A DNA stretch of 64,000 bases from Sphagnum compactum (lineage: Eukaryota): assembly GCA_965153455.1 (NCBI GenBank), contig OZ234493.1:25410213-25474212 (forward strand), in the 5' to 3' direction. Under the pieces are notes generated by a model. It did not search any database. It worked only from the letters and a program-made list of their open reading frames with translations, and had not been told where the DNA came from. Positions 1-13,100 of this stretch are shown here, piece after piece (the first letter of the stretch is position 1; every line of letters begins with the position of its first letter). Position numbers and translations under genes: made by a program.

Positions 1-351
1 TTTAGGTTTGATCAACCCGGGACAACTAACGAGAGAGCAAGCACTGAAAGATAGTACTTGACAGAGACTGCAAAAAGAACACTAGTTCTGAATACACTCT
101 GTAACGAAGAAAGGAAAGAGAGTTTTGCACAGGGGAAGAAAGCAAGAACGAGACAAGTGCAATCAAGAAAGAGAAGAGAGTTTTGGACAGAGGAAGAAAG
201 AAAGAATGAGACAAGACTAGTGCAATCAAAGAAAGAAAAGAGATTTTTGGACAGGGGAAGAGAGCAAAAACGAGACAAGTTCAGGCGCAAGGAGAAGACT
301 ATTTCAACAGCAAAAACATACCTATTTTATAGAGCTTGAGATAGATCAAGA
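1..351 (-). promoter_or_regulatory. Promoter/5' UTR of a kinase paralogue predicted just left of the window (inverted copy of 41264-41617)
   Basis: The reverse complement of 1-351 aligns to 41264-41617. That segment holds TATAAAAT (41285-41292) and the CT-rich leader ending 48 nt before the kinase ATG at 41665. Both copies contain about three tandem ~60 bp units. Confidence 0.75.
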
Positions 352-729
352 TCGCCGTGACTCGTTAGAAGAGATTCAACCAAAACCTGAGTTGCGAAGA
401 AATCTTTTCAAGGAAGGAGACCCGCATAGGCAGCTTATATCAATGAACGCGAGAGAGTGTGAAAGATGGAGAACGCTTACGACCCTGAAACACATTGGGA
501 GGAAGCTTCTGAACATGGATGGAGATACGGCGGAGAGCATTGCCGACAGCGGAAACAGACATGAAACACATTGGGTGGAAATATCTGAACGCGCGACTAC
601 CGCGTTCATCAGAGCTCTTTCGCAATAACCCTCGAAGCCACTGTTCCACGAAGCCGTGGATCGTTCAATTTGCATCCAGAATCTTGAAGACTTTGGGTGA
701 ACTTAAAGAGCCTTGGACCCACCCCATGG

Positions 730-1130
730 TTTGACTTGTGTTACTTCGAGTTGTTGCCTTGTTGTTTCGTCCTATTGCCTCGACCTGCTACTTTGTCACG
801 TTGCATCGTTGCCTCATTGGACTACCTTGTTGCCTCATTGTCACGCTACTTCGCTACTTCATTTTATTGCTTCATCACCTTGCCTTGTTGCATCATCGCC
901 TTACTTCACTACCTTCCCACGTTACTTCACTGCCTCGTTACCTGTTGCTGCTTCACTGCAATCGCACCTTAAGGACCTTTTGAACCCTCACCCCCCCCCC
1001 CTCGCCCGCCCCATTTGTTGGGCCCGCCCCATTTGTTGTTTCATTGCCTTCCTATTTCGTGCCTCACTACCTCATTGTCTTGCCACATGCTGCCTTGTGT
1101 TGGTTGGTACTTCCCTCCTCCCTCCTTATT
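730..1130. repeat. Degenerate low-complexity TTGCC/TCAC-type repeat, possibly subterminal sequence of the adjacent hAT element
   Basis: Repeated ttgcc/ttgtt/cttcac words directly upstream of the hAT transposase relic. The link to the element is inferred from position. Confidence 0.45.
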
Positions 1131-1639
1131 TGTAGGGAGGAATTGGAGCTTAGAGAAACGAGTTCCCCAACAACCATTAAAGAAGGTTAAGTTTTTTTTT
1201 TTTTTTTTGGTACTATTTTTCGTTTGTTTGTTTTCTTTTGCTAAGTAGTTATTTTGTCTTAAATTTATTTTTTATTTTATTCCAATTTTATTTTTTTGAC
1301 TCTTGCAATATGTTTGTTTAGAACTATAATTTATTTTTTGTTTGTTAATGTGTAGGATATCCATAAACCCAAACAATTTTTTTAAAAACTTATCATTATA
1401 CATTTTTGTAATCTTAATGAGAGAAAAATGAGTGATTTTATTTTATTCCCTAACCTTTAACTCCATCGATTGTAAATTTTTTCTCAAAACTTTACCCATT
1501 TTTTTTGTAAATGTTTTTTTTAACTCGAAACGTTTGTGAATATTTGATTTTATTTATTTTTTAAATTTTTTTTGTGAATTTTTTGAAATTGTTTGTTACT
1601 CTCGTGTCTTTCTTAGCTCTGAAAATATTCTTGTGAAAA

Positions 1640-3549
1640 CTACCAATGGAACAATCCTCTGTAGATGAAAATGTTGTAATTAGAAATAATGAAACAATTG
1701 AAATCTATATGAATGATGAAATTATGGAAGAAAATGTAAGTGGGCAAACAGAAACAAGCAAGAGAGCGTGTGGTTGAAATGTTTTTTGTTTGTGTCCAAA
1801 ATTAAATTTCCTTTTTAAAAGGTAGTTTTCACAAGAGATATTGCTAGGGTTAGTTGAAAAAACAAATCAACAGTATGTTCTTCCTGCATTAGCAAATTGT
1901 TTCTATGCAATAACTAGCTTTGATCTTTGGATGTCTAAGGGAACTTATGATTTTTTGCATTAGTGATCAATTTTTTGAGCAGTGATTGGTGGCCAAAACA
2001 GGAAAGTATTGGCTTGTTTGAAGTGACAGAGACTACTAGTCAAACATTGGCTAAAAGTCTAACAAAATTATTGGATAAACATGGTTTAAGGAAAAAGTTC
2101 ACTGCTTATGTCAAAGATGAAAGGTCAAATATGAATGTAATGACTACTGCATTGAAAGTTGTTGTAAACTATGAATCTCTTGGTTTAGAAGAGAGCTTTT
2201 AAAACATTTGCTTTGGGCATGCTTTTTCAAAAGCATGTCAATATGGCACTACAAAAAAAAAGGTGTGTAAGGATCTAAAGTATGTTTTTGTTAAGTCTAC
2301 TTAGGCAGATTTACAAAAGTGCATCACTTGGCTTAGAAAATTTGGATAAGAAAGGTAGGAATGGAATAAGGCTTGTGTTGAGACTAGCATTTGTCTCAAA
2401 AAATTGAACACTCCAGTGAAAACCAAGTAGTCCTCTTTGTTTCATTATTATTTCAACAGTTTACAATTTTTGAAGTTTTGAATCACACAAAAAAATATTT
2501 TTTTCTATTATTGGTGTTGCAGGTTTGTTAATAAGGTCATTATGTTTCAAGAAGCCTTACAATTTTGTTCTGCTATTGTGTTATGTTATAACAAACATAT
2601 TGCTATGAGAGTCATTGGTTGAGTGCTTCCACCTTTAATTTGACACATTTATCATATTATAGTGGATTATCTTTCTCCAATTATTTTTGCTTGTGTTCTT
2701 AACCAATTTCGTGGACATTGGCTCCTTAGTGATGCTTTACATTTTGCTATTTCCATGAGTTTGAAATTGGAGGAAAACAAAACTATTCTTTCATTTGAAA
2801 GCCTAATAGAAGATGATTCCATTATTTTTGATGAGTTATTTTTGCTGGCCTCTAACATTAGAAGGGAGGTAATCAATGTGCTAGATTCTTTGCTTTCATT
2901 CTTGAAGAAATATGAAAACAAGAAAGATCATAATATGATCTCTTTAATGTTAGACCCCAAATTTAAGAATCTTTGTATAATATCTTCATTTATTAGAAGG
3001 GAACTAGGTTTTGCTCTTGTTGAGGAATAGGATAAAAAAACTTTATATCCTACGTTGGTGAAATGACATGAACATTTGCATCCTTTAGTAAGGTTAGATA
3101 AGGATTGTGTTGACCAAAATATTTTTGAGCAAATTGTAAACACAAGTGAACCAACAAAAGAGGTTGTGAAGAGGTATTTGCTGGTTTTCAGGAAATATCA
3201 ACTAGATGTTAACAAAATCAAATGTCCTTTTTAATGGTGGCAAAAACATGAAGCGATGTTTCCAATAGTTGGATTTTTAGCCCAACAAATTTTGAGTGTT
3301 GTTGTATCTCAAATTGAATTTTTTTTTTTTTCTTTGGCTGGAATATTTACTAACTTTAGGAGATGTCGTTTGCAAACTGAAAATTTAGAGAAATTGATAT
3401 TTGTCAATAGAAACTGGCTTAATGATTCTAAAATAGGTTATAAGTTTCCATTTAACTTATTGGAATTCCTTGAAAGGGATATAGATTTAGAAAAGCAGTT
3501 AGAAGAGTTTGAAGATGAATATGAAAGGGATGAAGTTGTTGAAGTATAA
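1640..3549 (+). mobile_element. Decayed hAT-superfamily transposase
   Basis: Fragments SFDLWMSKG, AYVKDERSN and MLDPKFK, plus a C-terminal dimerisation-domain motif WWQKHEAMFPIVGFLAQQILS..SQIE..FSLAGI..RRCRLQTENLEKLIFVNRNW. Many stops and frameshifts. Probable intron at ~2428-2523. Confidence 0.85.
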
Positions 3550-4289
3550 AACTTCAATAAATAAAATATTTATTTAGTGTTAAAAAGTTGTTTGTAACAA
3601 TAATTTTTTCATTAGTAAGAAAAATAATAAAATTGAGATTTTTTTAAAATTTTAATTTTCTGGAATTAAAAGAAAACCAATTAAGAAGTAATACCCGGTT
3701 TGAGAGAAATGGCAAAGGAGAACCAGCTGTTCTCAAAATTTTGAGAACCAACATATTGAGAACCGGTTTTCATACAAAAATATTGATACCCCTTGCCTAG
3801 CATATAAATTTTAGGGGAAAAAAAATGACAACCGGACCCTTTTATAAATTGTACCCAATACCCCAACCAAGCTGGTATGGGAATTTTTTTTAAAAATGTA
3901 CCCAATACCAAGACCGGCGGGTATGTTCAAAAGTTGATACCAGACCAACATGGGTCAAAATTAACCGCCCTAGGCCAGAGCAAACCATAGCAGCCACCCA
4001 TGTGCACCACGACGGATGGATGATGGATGGTAAGTGGTCAGGAAACAGTTTCTGTTGGTTCCCATCTCCCCTGTAACCATGATGGTTCAGTTGAGGTTCA
4101 TCCACAACTGAATGAATTGTAATGGGCATCATCCAGTGGATGGATGGATGTGAGCTGGTGGGTGCTGGCCAAAACTGCAGTTGTTGTGAGGGTAGTATGA
4201 TGGCTAAATCCAATTGACTTGAAGTTGCAAAGTCTACAATCCTCTTCTAAGTCCACCATACATACCTCTTTGAACTCCAGAGGCAACCA

Positions 4290-4490
4290 AGCTATGTCCA
4301 AAGATTTTTTAAGCTCTCCAAGAGCTTTTGATCTATGTCCAAGGATTCTAAGCTCTCAAGAGGATTTTTAAGCTCTCCAAGAGCTTTTGATGTATGTCCA
4401 AGGATTCTCAGCTCTCAAGAAGATTTTAAGCTCTCCAAGCTGAGCTTCAAATCTATGCCCAAGGATTTTTTTTTTAAGCTCTCTGAGAAC
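4290..4490. repeat. Tandem repeat, ~29/59 bp units
   Basis: Repeated ttttaagctctccaagagcttttgat.tatgtccaaggattct.agctctcaag. Confidence 0.8.
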
Positions 4491-4884
4491 TTAAGTGGTT
4501 GGCCTGTATACCCTACACCTCTATAAACAGGGGGTGGGGGGAGTTCTCTCAGTTTCCAACTGCTTATCCAACAGTGCCTGAATCCAGGAACTTGTAATAG
4601 CAGATTAGTGTCTAATTTGGTATTGTACATTGGCCCCCCACAAGCAGCACTTTTCTGTATGAAATGGGTTTCTTCTTGCTTCAAACTTCTGCACTACACC
4701 ACTAGATTTCGGTTGTGCAGAAAATAGTCAAATTCAGTTATGAGTGTATTGTGGCTTAAATCTGGATAGCTAGAAAGTTAGTTGTAATCTAGAATTTATC
4801 CTCAAACCTCTATAAATAAGGGTGGAAGTACTCAGCTCCAAAATTGCTGATCCAAGACTTATGCTTGAATCCAGGAACTTTGTA

Positions 4885-4885
4885 A

Positions 4886-4921
<36 letters not shown>
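4885..4921. repeat. (TAG)n microsatellite
   Basis: Perfect tagtagtag run. Confidence 0.95.
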
Positions 4922-6406
4922 GACTCAATGTCTAGTTTGGAGGAAGTCTGGGCTCTCAAGGTGGTGTGTGCATAAGGAAAAAAACAGACAGCTTTTTGTG
5001 TCCTCATTGGTAAACCATTGATCAGGGCTACAAGTTTTGTCTCTAATGAAAACCCTAAACCCTACTCACTTTCTACAATATCTGATCCTTCCCTTGAGCT
5101 CAAATCAAAAGTTTCATGAAATCATGCACATTTCATGACTTGGGTCACACACAATGTTTTCAAAATTTTCTGGATCATGTTTTTCATGTGATCCCCAACA
5201 TATGTGGTTTATGAAACAACTTCCCTTTCCAGAATGAACATGACCTGTTGTTGTCTTATAATAAGTTGGGCTCAATCCTTTCAATCACACTACTATTGAC
5301 ATTTTGCACTCCAAAAGGCCAATGCCAAAACAAACATTACCAGCAGCATCCGAGTTCCTTTGATAAACTTATATGCATTGCAAATTTGTTTTCAGGACTT
5401 GTAATTTGAACACAAAAATCAAAGAAGTCTATTGGAACTTTTTCATCAACAAGTCTGCAATTAATCTATCTGCAAATTGTGAAGCTTTGCACCATTTTGG
5501 GTACGCAAGTTGACTCACTCACTCCTGCAACTTTGCACCAAGCTGCAACTGTCCCTGATAATACTATACCCAATAATCCCTCTTGAACAAGCTAGCTGAG
5601 TCCAGACATTGTTCAAGAGGATCTTGACTCTACTAGCTAGCTTAAATGGGTTCATGACTCCTTGAGACCTAGTGTGGCATTTGAGGAATTTGATTTTCCT
5701 TCAGCAACTCTCGAGCTTTGGCATCAGCTGGTGAATGAAAGGGTGCCCACCCAGGACACAGTTACTGAGTATGCTGGCCAGAAACTCCAAGAAAGACTTA
5801 TGGCATACTCGGCAGATGTACTTAGTTCCCCAGACTTCTAGAATGTTCCAAGTACATATTGCAATGAAGATTCTGAGCCAAATTACTTATGCATCTTGCT
5901 TGCTTGTGAACCCATGAAAAATCATTCACAACCAGTCTTCATGACTCCGTCCCCTTCTCTTTGTGAGTCTCTTTGAATCTCCTCCACTTCCCCTTCCAAT
6001 TCATGCTCTCTTTCTTGGTTGAAGCATCTGCTTCAAAAGGATTTATTTCTGTTTGGTCTTTCTGATACATACCTTTAGGAATGTTATAAATGATTATAGT
6101 TTCAAGGCCAGTCCTTTTTTTAAAAGGATACAAGTTTATCCTCAAAAGATCATGCTCTTTCTAGAGTTGTGTTTGTGGTGTTTCTTTCTTCACTTGCTCT
6201 TTCCTTGTTTTGTTCAGTTCTGTTTTGATTTTTCTTTTTCACCCGATGTGTTTCACAGCTGTTTCCAGTAGTCCTGCAGTTTCAAGATGGGAGACACTAA
6301 AATGGAGAGAAGTTCCCCTTCTTGATGTGAGGTGGGGATGCCAATCCCATTACTGCAAACACATGACAACTTCAAAGAATACATCGTTCCAGTAAGGTTA
6401 CATACT

Positions 6407-6470
6407 ACACACTCAGCAATCTTACTTATGTGACCATTACACACTCAGCAATCTTACTTATGTGACCATT
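6407..6470. repeat. Perfect tandem duplication, 2 x 32 bp
   Basis: acacactcagcaatcttacttatgtgaccatt occurs twice in tandem. Confidence 0.9.
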
Positions 6471-7130
6471 ATTAACATTCAGTATGACATCTTAAAGCCC
6501 ATGGTAAGTTATCACTGACATACAGCAAATGCACATTTTGGACTGAAATGCCTTTGACTATGGCAACAACTTTTGTTTCCCAGAATGAAGATGGGATAAT
6601 TTCGCCAGAAATCCTAACGAGATCTGTCATCACCACAAACCCAAAAAAGTAATCGCGACCACTGACTTCAAATGTGAAAAAGAAAAATTTAAGCGATGCA
6701 ACCAGAAGCCAGGCAAATTGTTTGTCGGGTTTGAACCAGATAATTACATTGGTTTGCAGGATTATGCAAAGTTTCAACTTTTGGACCTCTGCCTGCTGAA
6801 TTCTGCATGTCAACTACCAAGACTGTTTTAAAAAATCAACAACCAATGAACATTACAATCTGTTGGTGGGCTTTCAGTAGGCACATTACCATGCATCACC
6901 AATGATTTTGTCCATGGTCATGCAGCTCGAAAAGCCCAGTGAGCTCATTACCTTATTCATATGTAGAGTGGGCAATGGGTCAATGACAAGGACATGTAAA
7001 AGAAGAAGCTGCTCAATGTGCAAAACTGGTGACTTAGCTGCCAAGGTGTAAAGCAGACGCCATGATCCCATACTTTGATCCATGAGCCTCTGATGGTATA
7101 TTTGTCAATGGAGTCCTCTCCCTCCCTTTG

Positions 7131-10100
7131 TCACCTTCGAGTGCTGCGAAGATTTCGAACAACCATTACAAGCTCCTCACGCTGAGCTTCCACTTCAGCA
7201 AAACGTAGACTCATGCTTGAGTAGCGGTCCTGCATATCCCTCAGCTCTGCCTCCAAAGACTTTGTCCGCTTTTGCAGCTCTATGAGTTGATCAACATTTC
7301 CAATACCCTGCTGCACTGCATCTTGCCCATTGTGCTGCTGAGCAATCGCACTATTTGACACCCACCCACCCACCCTCTAGTTAGATTCCTACACAAAAAG
7401 ATGTACATGATCAAACATGACAGGGACCTCTCAAAACCCTTTCTGAAAAAAGAGATCTCTCATGCATAACATCATGCAATCTTACATTGTAGGGATGATT
7501 GCAACCAAATTTCTACCTCTGAAGCTGAGCTTTGTACATGTTCTTGGCCTCAATTGCTTCAACAAGTTCTGTTTCCAGAAGAAGAACTCTTTCATCCACG
7601 TTCTCCCCCAGTGCATTCTGTGTTTGTTCCTTCAACCTCTTCTCATGCTTTTCATCAACCTGAAACCCATGCTCACTCCTTTTGATGGTAAGCTAAGAAA
7701 GAAGTTTCCCTATGCATAACAATCTGGTTGCTGACAAAGATGTCATATGATACTTGGTGTTCACTAAACGCACTCTCTTACCAACCCATGCATCATTACT
7801 TCCTGTATCTTCCCATGCAACAATAACTCAAAAGCTGACCATTTATTTCAAGTCCATCTCAGAGCTTCATGACACTGTCATCTCAAGGGACCAAAGGGAT
7901 AAAGCTAAGACCTCTCGCAAATGCTCTGCTTCACTTTGGAGCATCCCGTGTGTGTTCCCTTCTGATCGAAGTTCACTTCCCTGCTGCCTGAGCTCCTCAT
8001 TTTTCTGTTGAAGCTGCCTAAGCTGCCAGACAAAAAAACATTCCACCCACCTCACCACATATTCTGACAAAGGTAATATGACCATAGAATGTAGACACAA
8101 ATCAGTTAGAAATAGACCATGTCTTCCAAACAAAATCCACATGAGTGTTATCAGATAACTGAAAAATAAAGTGTGAATCATGACAAGCCCAAATCTTCAA
8201 CCATATCATGCCTGATGCAATTGATAGTTTGTAAGGCTCATGACTGATATAGCATCAAAAACCCCTTTTGCAGAATTCACCCAAAAGAGAGGACAAAAGA
8301 GCAAGTTACCTCAATACGTAATTGCTCAAGATCTGAAACAGCCCCTTCCTCAATCTGTTCTTTAGCCAGCTCCAAGCCTGCAATCCTTCTCAGCAGAAGG
8401 CTTTCTTTCTCTTCAAAGTCTTGGATCATTGACTCTATCTTGTGGGATCTTGACTGGACCTCCCCCTGCATATAATACACCAACAAGACATGAGAACACA
8501 AGGTTGCCCAATACAATTACACATGGTCATACTCTCACTTGACACAGGGACCTGCTTCTTCTACTTGTTAATGAGAAGGATGAAAACATGACAACTGACC
8601 TCCAACTGTAAGACTTTTTCCTGCAACTCCACCAACTCCTTGGCTTCATGTTTGTCAAGTATGTTTGTGAGTAGCTTGATTTCACCATTGGACCCAGAGA
8701 GGTGTCTTGAGAGAATTCTCTTGCCATTACTGCTCAAGGGCCCATTTTGTTCACCATGTGTAGGATGCACCTCCTCAGCATCATGCAACTGGTGTTGTTG
8801 CAATGTGGAATCATCCTCTTTAAAGAGATCCTGAGCCTGCTGAAACAAAGTTATTGATCAGCATCAACTGTTGTTATACTTCTGTGCATTTGTAAGAGAC
8901 CACCCACACATGCATTCTCTGTGAGGAACTATGAGTTGGCAGGTAAATTTCTCCATCCTCTCAATAAGTAGCACACAAGAGAGGAAATAACAGAAAAATA
9001 AAACACACCTGTGACAACTGCTTTGTGAGCTGGGCTACCTCACTTTGCAAAATCTCAGCTGCAGTGGCATTCTCTCTACTCATTTGTTGCAGCGCTTCTT
9101 CTGCTTTCTGCCGTTCTGCCTCCATCAACTGGGTAAGCCTTTCAAATTCAGAGTTGTACCTCACTCCCTGCTCATCATAGGCACTCTGCAATTGGGTCAC
9201 TTGAGCTTCCAAGGCAGCAACAGTAGCAAGGCCTCTGACTGCTTTCTGTAAGCTCTCCTCCAATTCCTCAACATGTCTCTGGAGCCCTACATTGGCTTCC
9301 TCATAATGAGAAACCTCACCTCTCAGGTGTTCAAGTTCCTGTACTGCTCCTTCCAAGTTCTCCTCCAACTCCCCAATGTGCTTCTGTAGCGCTTCTTTGG
9401 CTTCCATCTGCTCTGAAACTTCACCTGTCAGTTGTTCCACCTCCCCTATTGCTCTTTGTAAGCTCTCCTCTAACTCCACAGTGCGTTTCTGTAGACCTTG
9501 TTTTGCTTCCAAATGATAGGAAACTTGGCCTGTCAGCTGCTCCACCTGCTCTAGTGCCCTTTGCAAGCTCTCTTCCAAGTCCACAACACCCTTCTGTAGC
9601 CCTTCTTTGGCTTCCACATGACTGGAAACATCACCTGTGAGCTGCTCCACCTGCTCCATTGTTCTCTGTAAACTCTCCTCCATGGCAATAGCACGCTTCT
9701 GTAGCTCTTCATTTGCTTCCATATGCACAGTAACGTCACCTGTCAGCTGCCCTACCCTTTCTTCCAAATGGAGCTGTGTACTCTTGTAGGTTTCCAACTC
9801 CTCCAAGGCTGCCCCCAACTCAGACTCCAGCTTCAACAAAACATCCCTGTGCTGCTGAACTTCCTGCTCCAACGTAGATTGAAGTTTCTCCTTCTCAGAT
9901 ACCAGAGAAACCACTTGATTCCTTAGCACACTTGCTTCCTGTTGCTGTAATTCACATTCCCCTGTTGTGCTCTCTAGCTGCATTTCAAGTTCTGAAATGT
10001 GGTCTGCCATTTGCAACCTTACTTTCTCAAAGTCAGCTAGCTCAGCCTCTAGAGCAGCCTCTGCAGCTTCAAGCTCAACTGCCCACTTTTCAGACTTCCG

Positions 10101-13100
10101 GTTTTGGGTTGATTCAATCCCTTGCTTGGTTGGTTGCGTCTCATGTTCAGCAGCTGGTGTGACATCACGGCTGGGTACCATCTTTCCTTTCTCCAAGTCC
10201 TCTATCCGCAACCTTGACGCAATCAAACAAAAACTCTCAGCACAACAGATTCATATAGTGTAACTAGCACAACAAACTAAAACAAATCCAAAAGAAAAGA
10301 AATGCTGTTTGAACAGTACCTGCCAAGGCGGACTTCTTCTTCAGCTTCCTGGAGCTCTTTCTCTAGTGCTGCCATTGATTCCATCAATTGTTGGACAAGC
10401 ACAGCATTCGCCATTTCCTTGGCCCTTTCAAGCTTGTCGCTATGATTGTTGTTCTCCAGCCTCAACATGGTTACATCACCATCCAGGATTGCAATTCTTT
10501 TGACCAGAATCTCATGTCCATCTTCAACACTTTCCTCCTCACCTTCCAGCTGCTGCCTGTAGCAACAGTGAAACAATAAAGCAAATCACTCAATTGGAAA
10601 AACTGTCAGCATTGTGATCAAACCAGTAGATTGGGTAGATGGGTGAGCCTCACCTTCAAAGATAACACCAAGCAAACCATCTCACAAGAAGCACATTGAC
10701 AAGAAATGGCTCAAAAGGCCTTACTGAAAAAATAAAGACAAACCTCTTCTGTTGCAGCTGGGTTGGGGTGCTTCCAGAAGTTTGAGGAAGTGGGGATGTA
10801 GCATTTGTCTCCAGCTCAATGATCCGTGCGTTTTTCTCACTGAGTTCCTGGTTGGATATTTCCAGTCTGGATTTCAGGACCCGTATTTCATCTGTCAAGC
10901 CATTTGACTCTGCCTCTAATTCCTCCACATCCTGTTGCAAGACTTTCACCATCCCCTGTAGGCTCTGAACAAAGGCATCATCAGTTTCTTTTGGAGTGAA
11001 AGCAGCTTTTGGGTGGCGTTGGGAAAGAAGCAACTCCAAACTGGCAATCTTCGCTTGCAAGTCTTTGTTTTCATCTTCTTTCTCAGCAAGCCTTTCATGC
11101 CATTTTCTTTCAGTGACAGTAGCTACAGGTGTATTGTCATCTCCACTGCTAGCCTGGAATGATGCTTCTGGGCTTTCGTGGGTTTTCTTTATTCCATTCT
11201 CTTCCCGTTGCTGCTCAAGTGCCTTCTCAAGGTCCTCAATCTCCAAAACAAGCTCCATGTTTGCATCCTGCATCTTGCGCAGCTGTAGATTCAGGTTCTT
11301 GGTGGTTTCCTTTTCAAACATGATCTCTTCATTTAGCTCCTTTACACTACGCCGAGCTTCCTCCACTGCCCACCTGCATTACCAGTGGTAGTAGCTTCAC
11401 AATAATTCTACAGCTGCAAATTCACAATAACACTTCTCTGGCTTCTCTGGAAGGAACAAGCCACCCACATGAGACAAATCCCTTGCTCCATAGGTATACA
11501 AAAGAAACTAAAAAACAGACACGTGCAAACCTCGCATTGCCTGCATCAAGCTCTTGCTCCTGTGAGGTTTGCTTGGCAAGTAGCAGCCGTTCCACCTCAT
11601 CCTTCAGCTGATCTCGCTCTGCCACAAGGGCTGACATCTCCATTCCCATCTCCTTCCCAGACAAGATCTGAACCTCAAGCTTACGGTTCAAGCGCTCGAC
11701 ATCAACAACCAGCTTGTCGGCATGCCGCTGTGCTGTCTCTGCCTCCATCTGAAGATCCTCGATTGTGGATTGAGCAGCTGCCAGAGCAGCCCTTAGTGCA
11801 TCTTCGCCTTGAAGCTGAGAGGGACTCAGCACAAGACCCCTACTACGCCCCCCTCCTGCTTGCCTGCTCTGATGATCTTCATGCCACCCACTTCGAATAG
11901 GCACAATCGGGGCTGCTGATGATGACAGAGTTCGTCTGTGGTTCTGTTTATTTGGAGACAAGGGGCTTCTGGGTTCTTGACTAGCGCCACCTCCACCCCG
12001 ATAACCTTGCAGGCTCCCATGTGGAGACTGCGCAAGCGGTGAATTTGTTCCAGGTGTTGATGGCACCTCTAAGGAATCAAAGCTGCTGCCACTGTATCGC
12101 AGTGTTGACTGAGAGATATTTCTTTCCTGTGATCTCTCTTCAAGACGGTTCTGTCAGCAATGGCTTTCATTCTCCTCGATTCATCCAAAGATGAAAAGTA
12201 CGGAAAAGACCATACACAGTTTCAGAAGGTCTCATCACAAAAGGCAAAACCCTTGATGCCACGACAAGTAGAATACAGCGAAAAAGCTGACCTTATTCAG
12301 CTGCCCGTTACTGCCAGACTCAGAGTTGTCCAAGTCGTCCAAGCCATCATCCTCCAAGCCTTGATCCCGTTCTCCAAAACTCGAATCAACTTCACTGTCA
12401 AGCTGCACACCTCTGTCTGTCTCCCTGCAGCAATTACAAGATTTCACTTTTGGGTTCCACCAATACAAGCATCAACTTGACCTAAAACCCTGCAACACTA
12501 AATACTGAGAGGTATGGAAACAAAGGTCCAAAGCATTACACAGAAGGGGCTTCTGTAGACTACACCATGGAGTCTGCACACTTTCTGTATGTTTTATATC
12601 TTTCGCTCGCCAAATAAATTTGCTCCACATAAAAATTAAAATTCAAAAAAATCAAAAATAAAAAAAACAATGAACCAAAAGCCAGAGTAGCAGTGAATGG
12701 GCACCTCTTACTGGAGCTTGTTGTCAAGCACGTAATAGTGATCTGTACAAACATGACAGGAATGATCCAATCGCAAGCATCAAATATTGAAAGTTTCTGG
12801 ATAAATTGAACACCAATAACAGACAAGCGAAGAGTGCTCTTTGCCTCCAGCACCAGCACAGAAAGACAAAGAATCACATCATCTCTTGGTAAAGCATTGA
12901 GAACTTGTTCTCTCCATACGTACAGTCAGTCAAAGACAACCTGAACAGAGTTCAGAGACGACCCAATGACAAGGTTATAGAGATTTCAGATCCAACATCC
13001 ATATCAGTGAAGTGCAAAAGAGAGAGAGAGAGACACCCCAACACAATCAATAGGAAAACCAGGCAACTCCTGACACAACAGAGAGAAAACTGAGGAGCAG

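Noticed and set aside
58-339. Lys/Arg/Glu-rich ORF (and its twin at 41120-41560)
   Set aside because: Antisense reading of the CT-rich, tandemly repeated kinase leader; no domain, and the two copies differ by frameshift
352-720. CpG-rich stretch with a twice-occurring gaaacacattggg motif and short ORFs
   Set aside because: Overlapping short ORFs with no recognisable product; cannot support a call
4290-4490. Regularly spaced ~30 bp repeats as a possible CRISPR array
   Set aside because: No unique spacers, no cas genes, eukaryotic context; an ordinary tandem repeat
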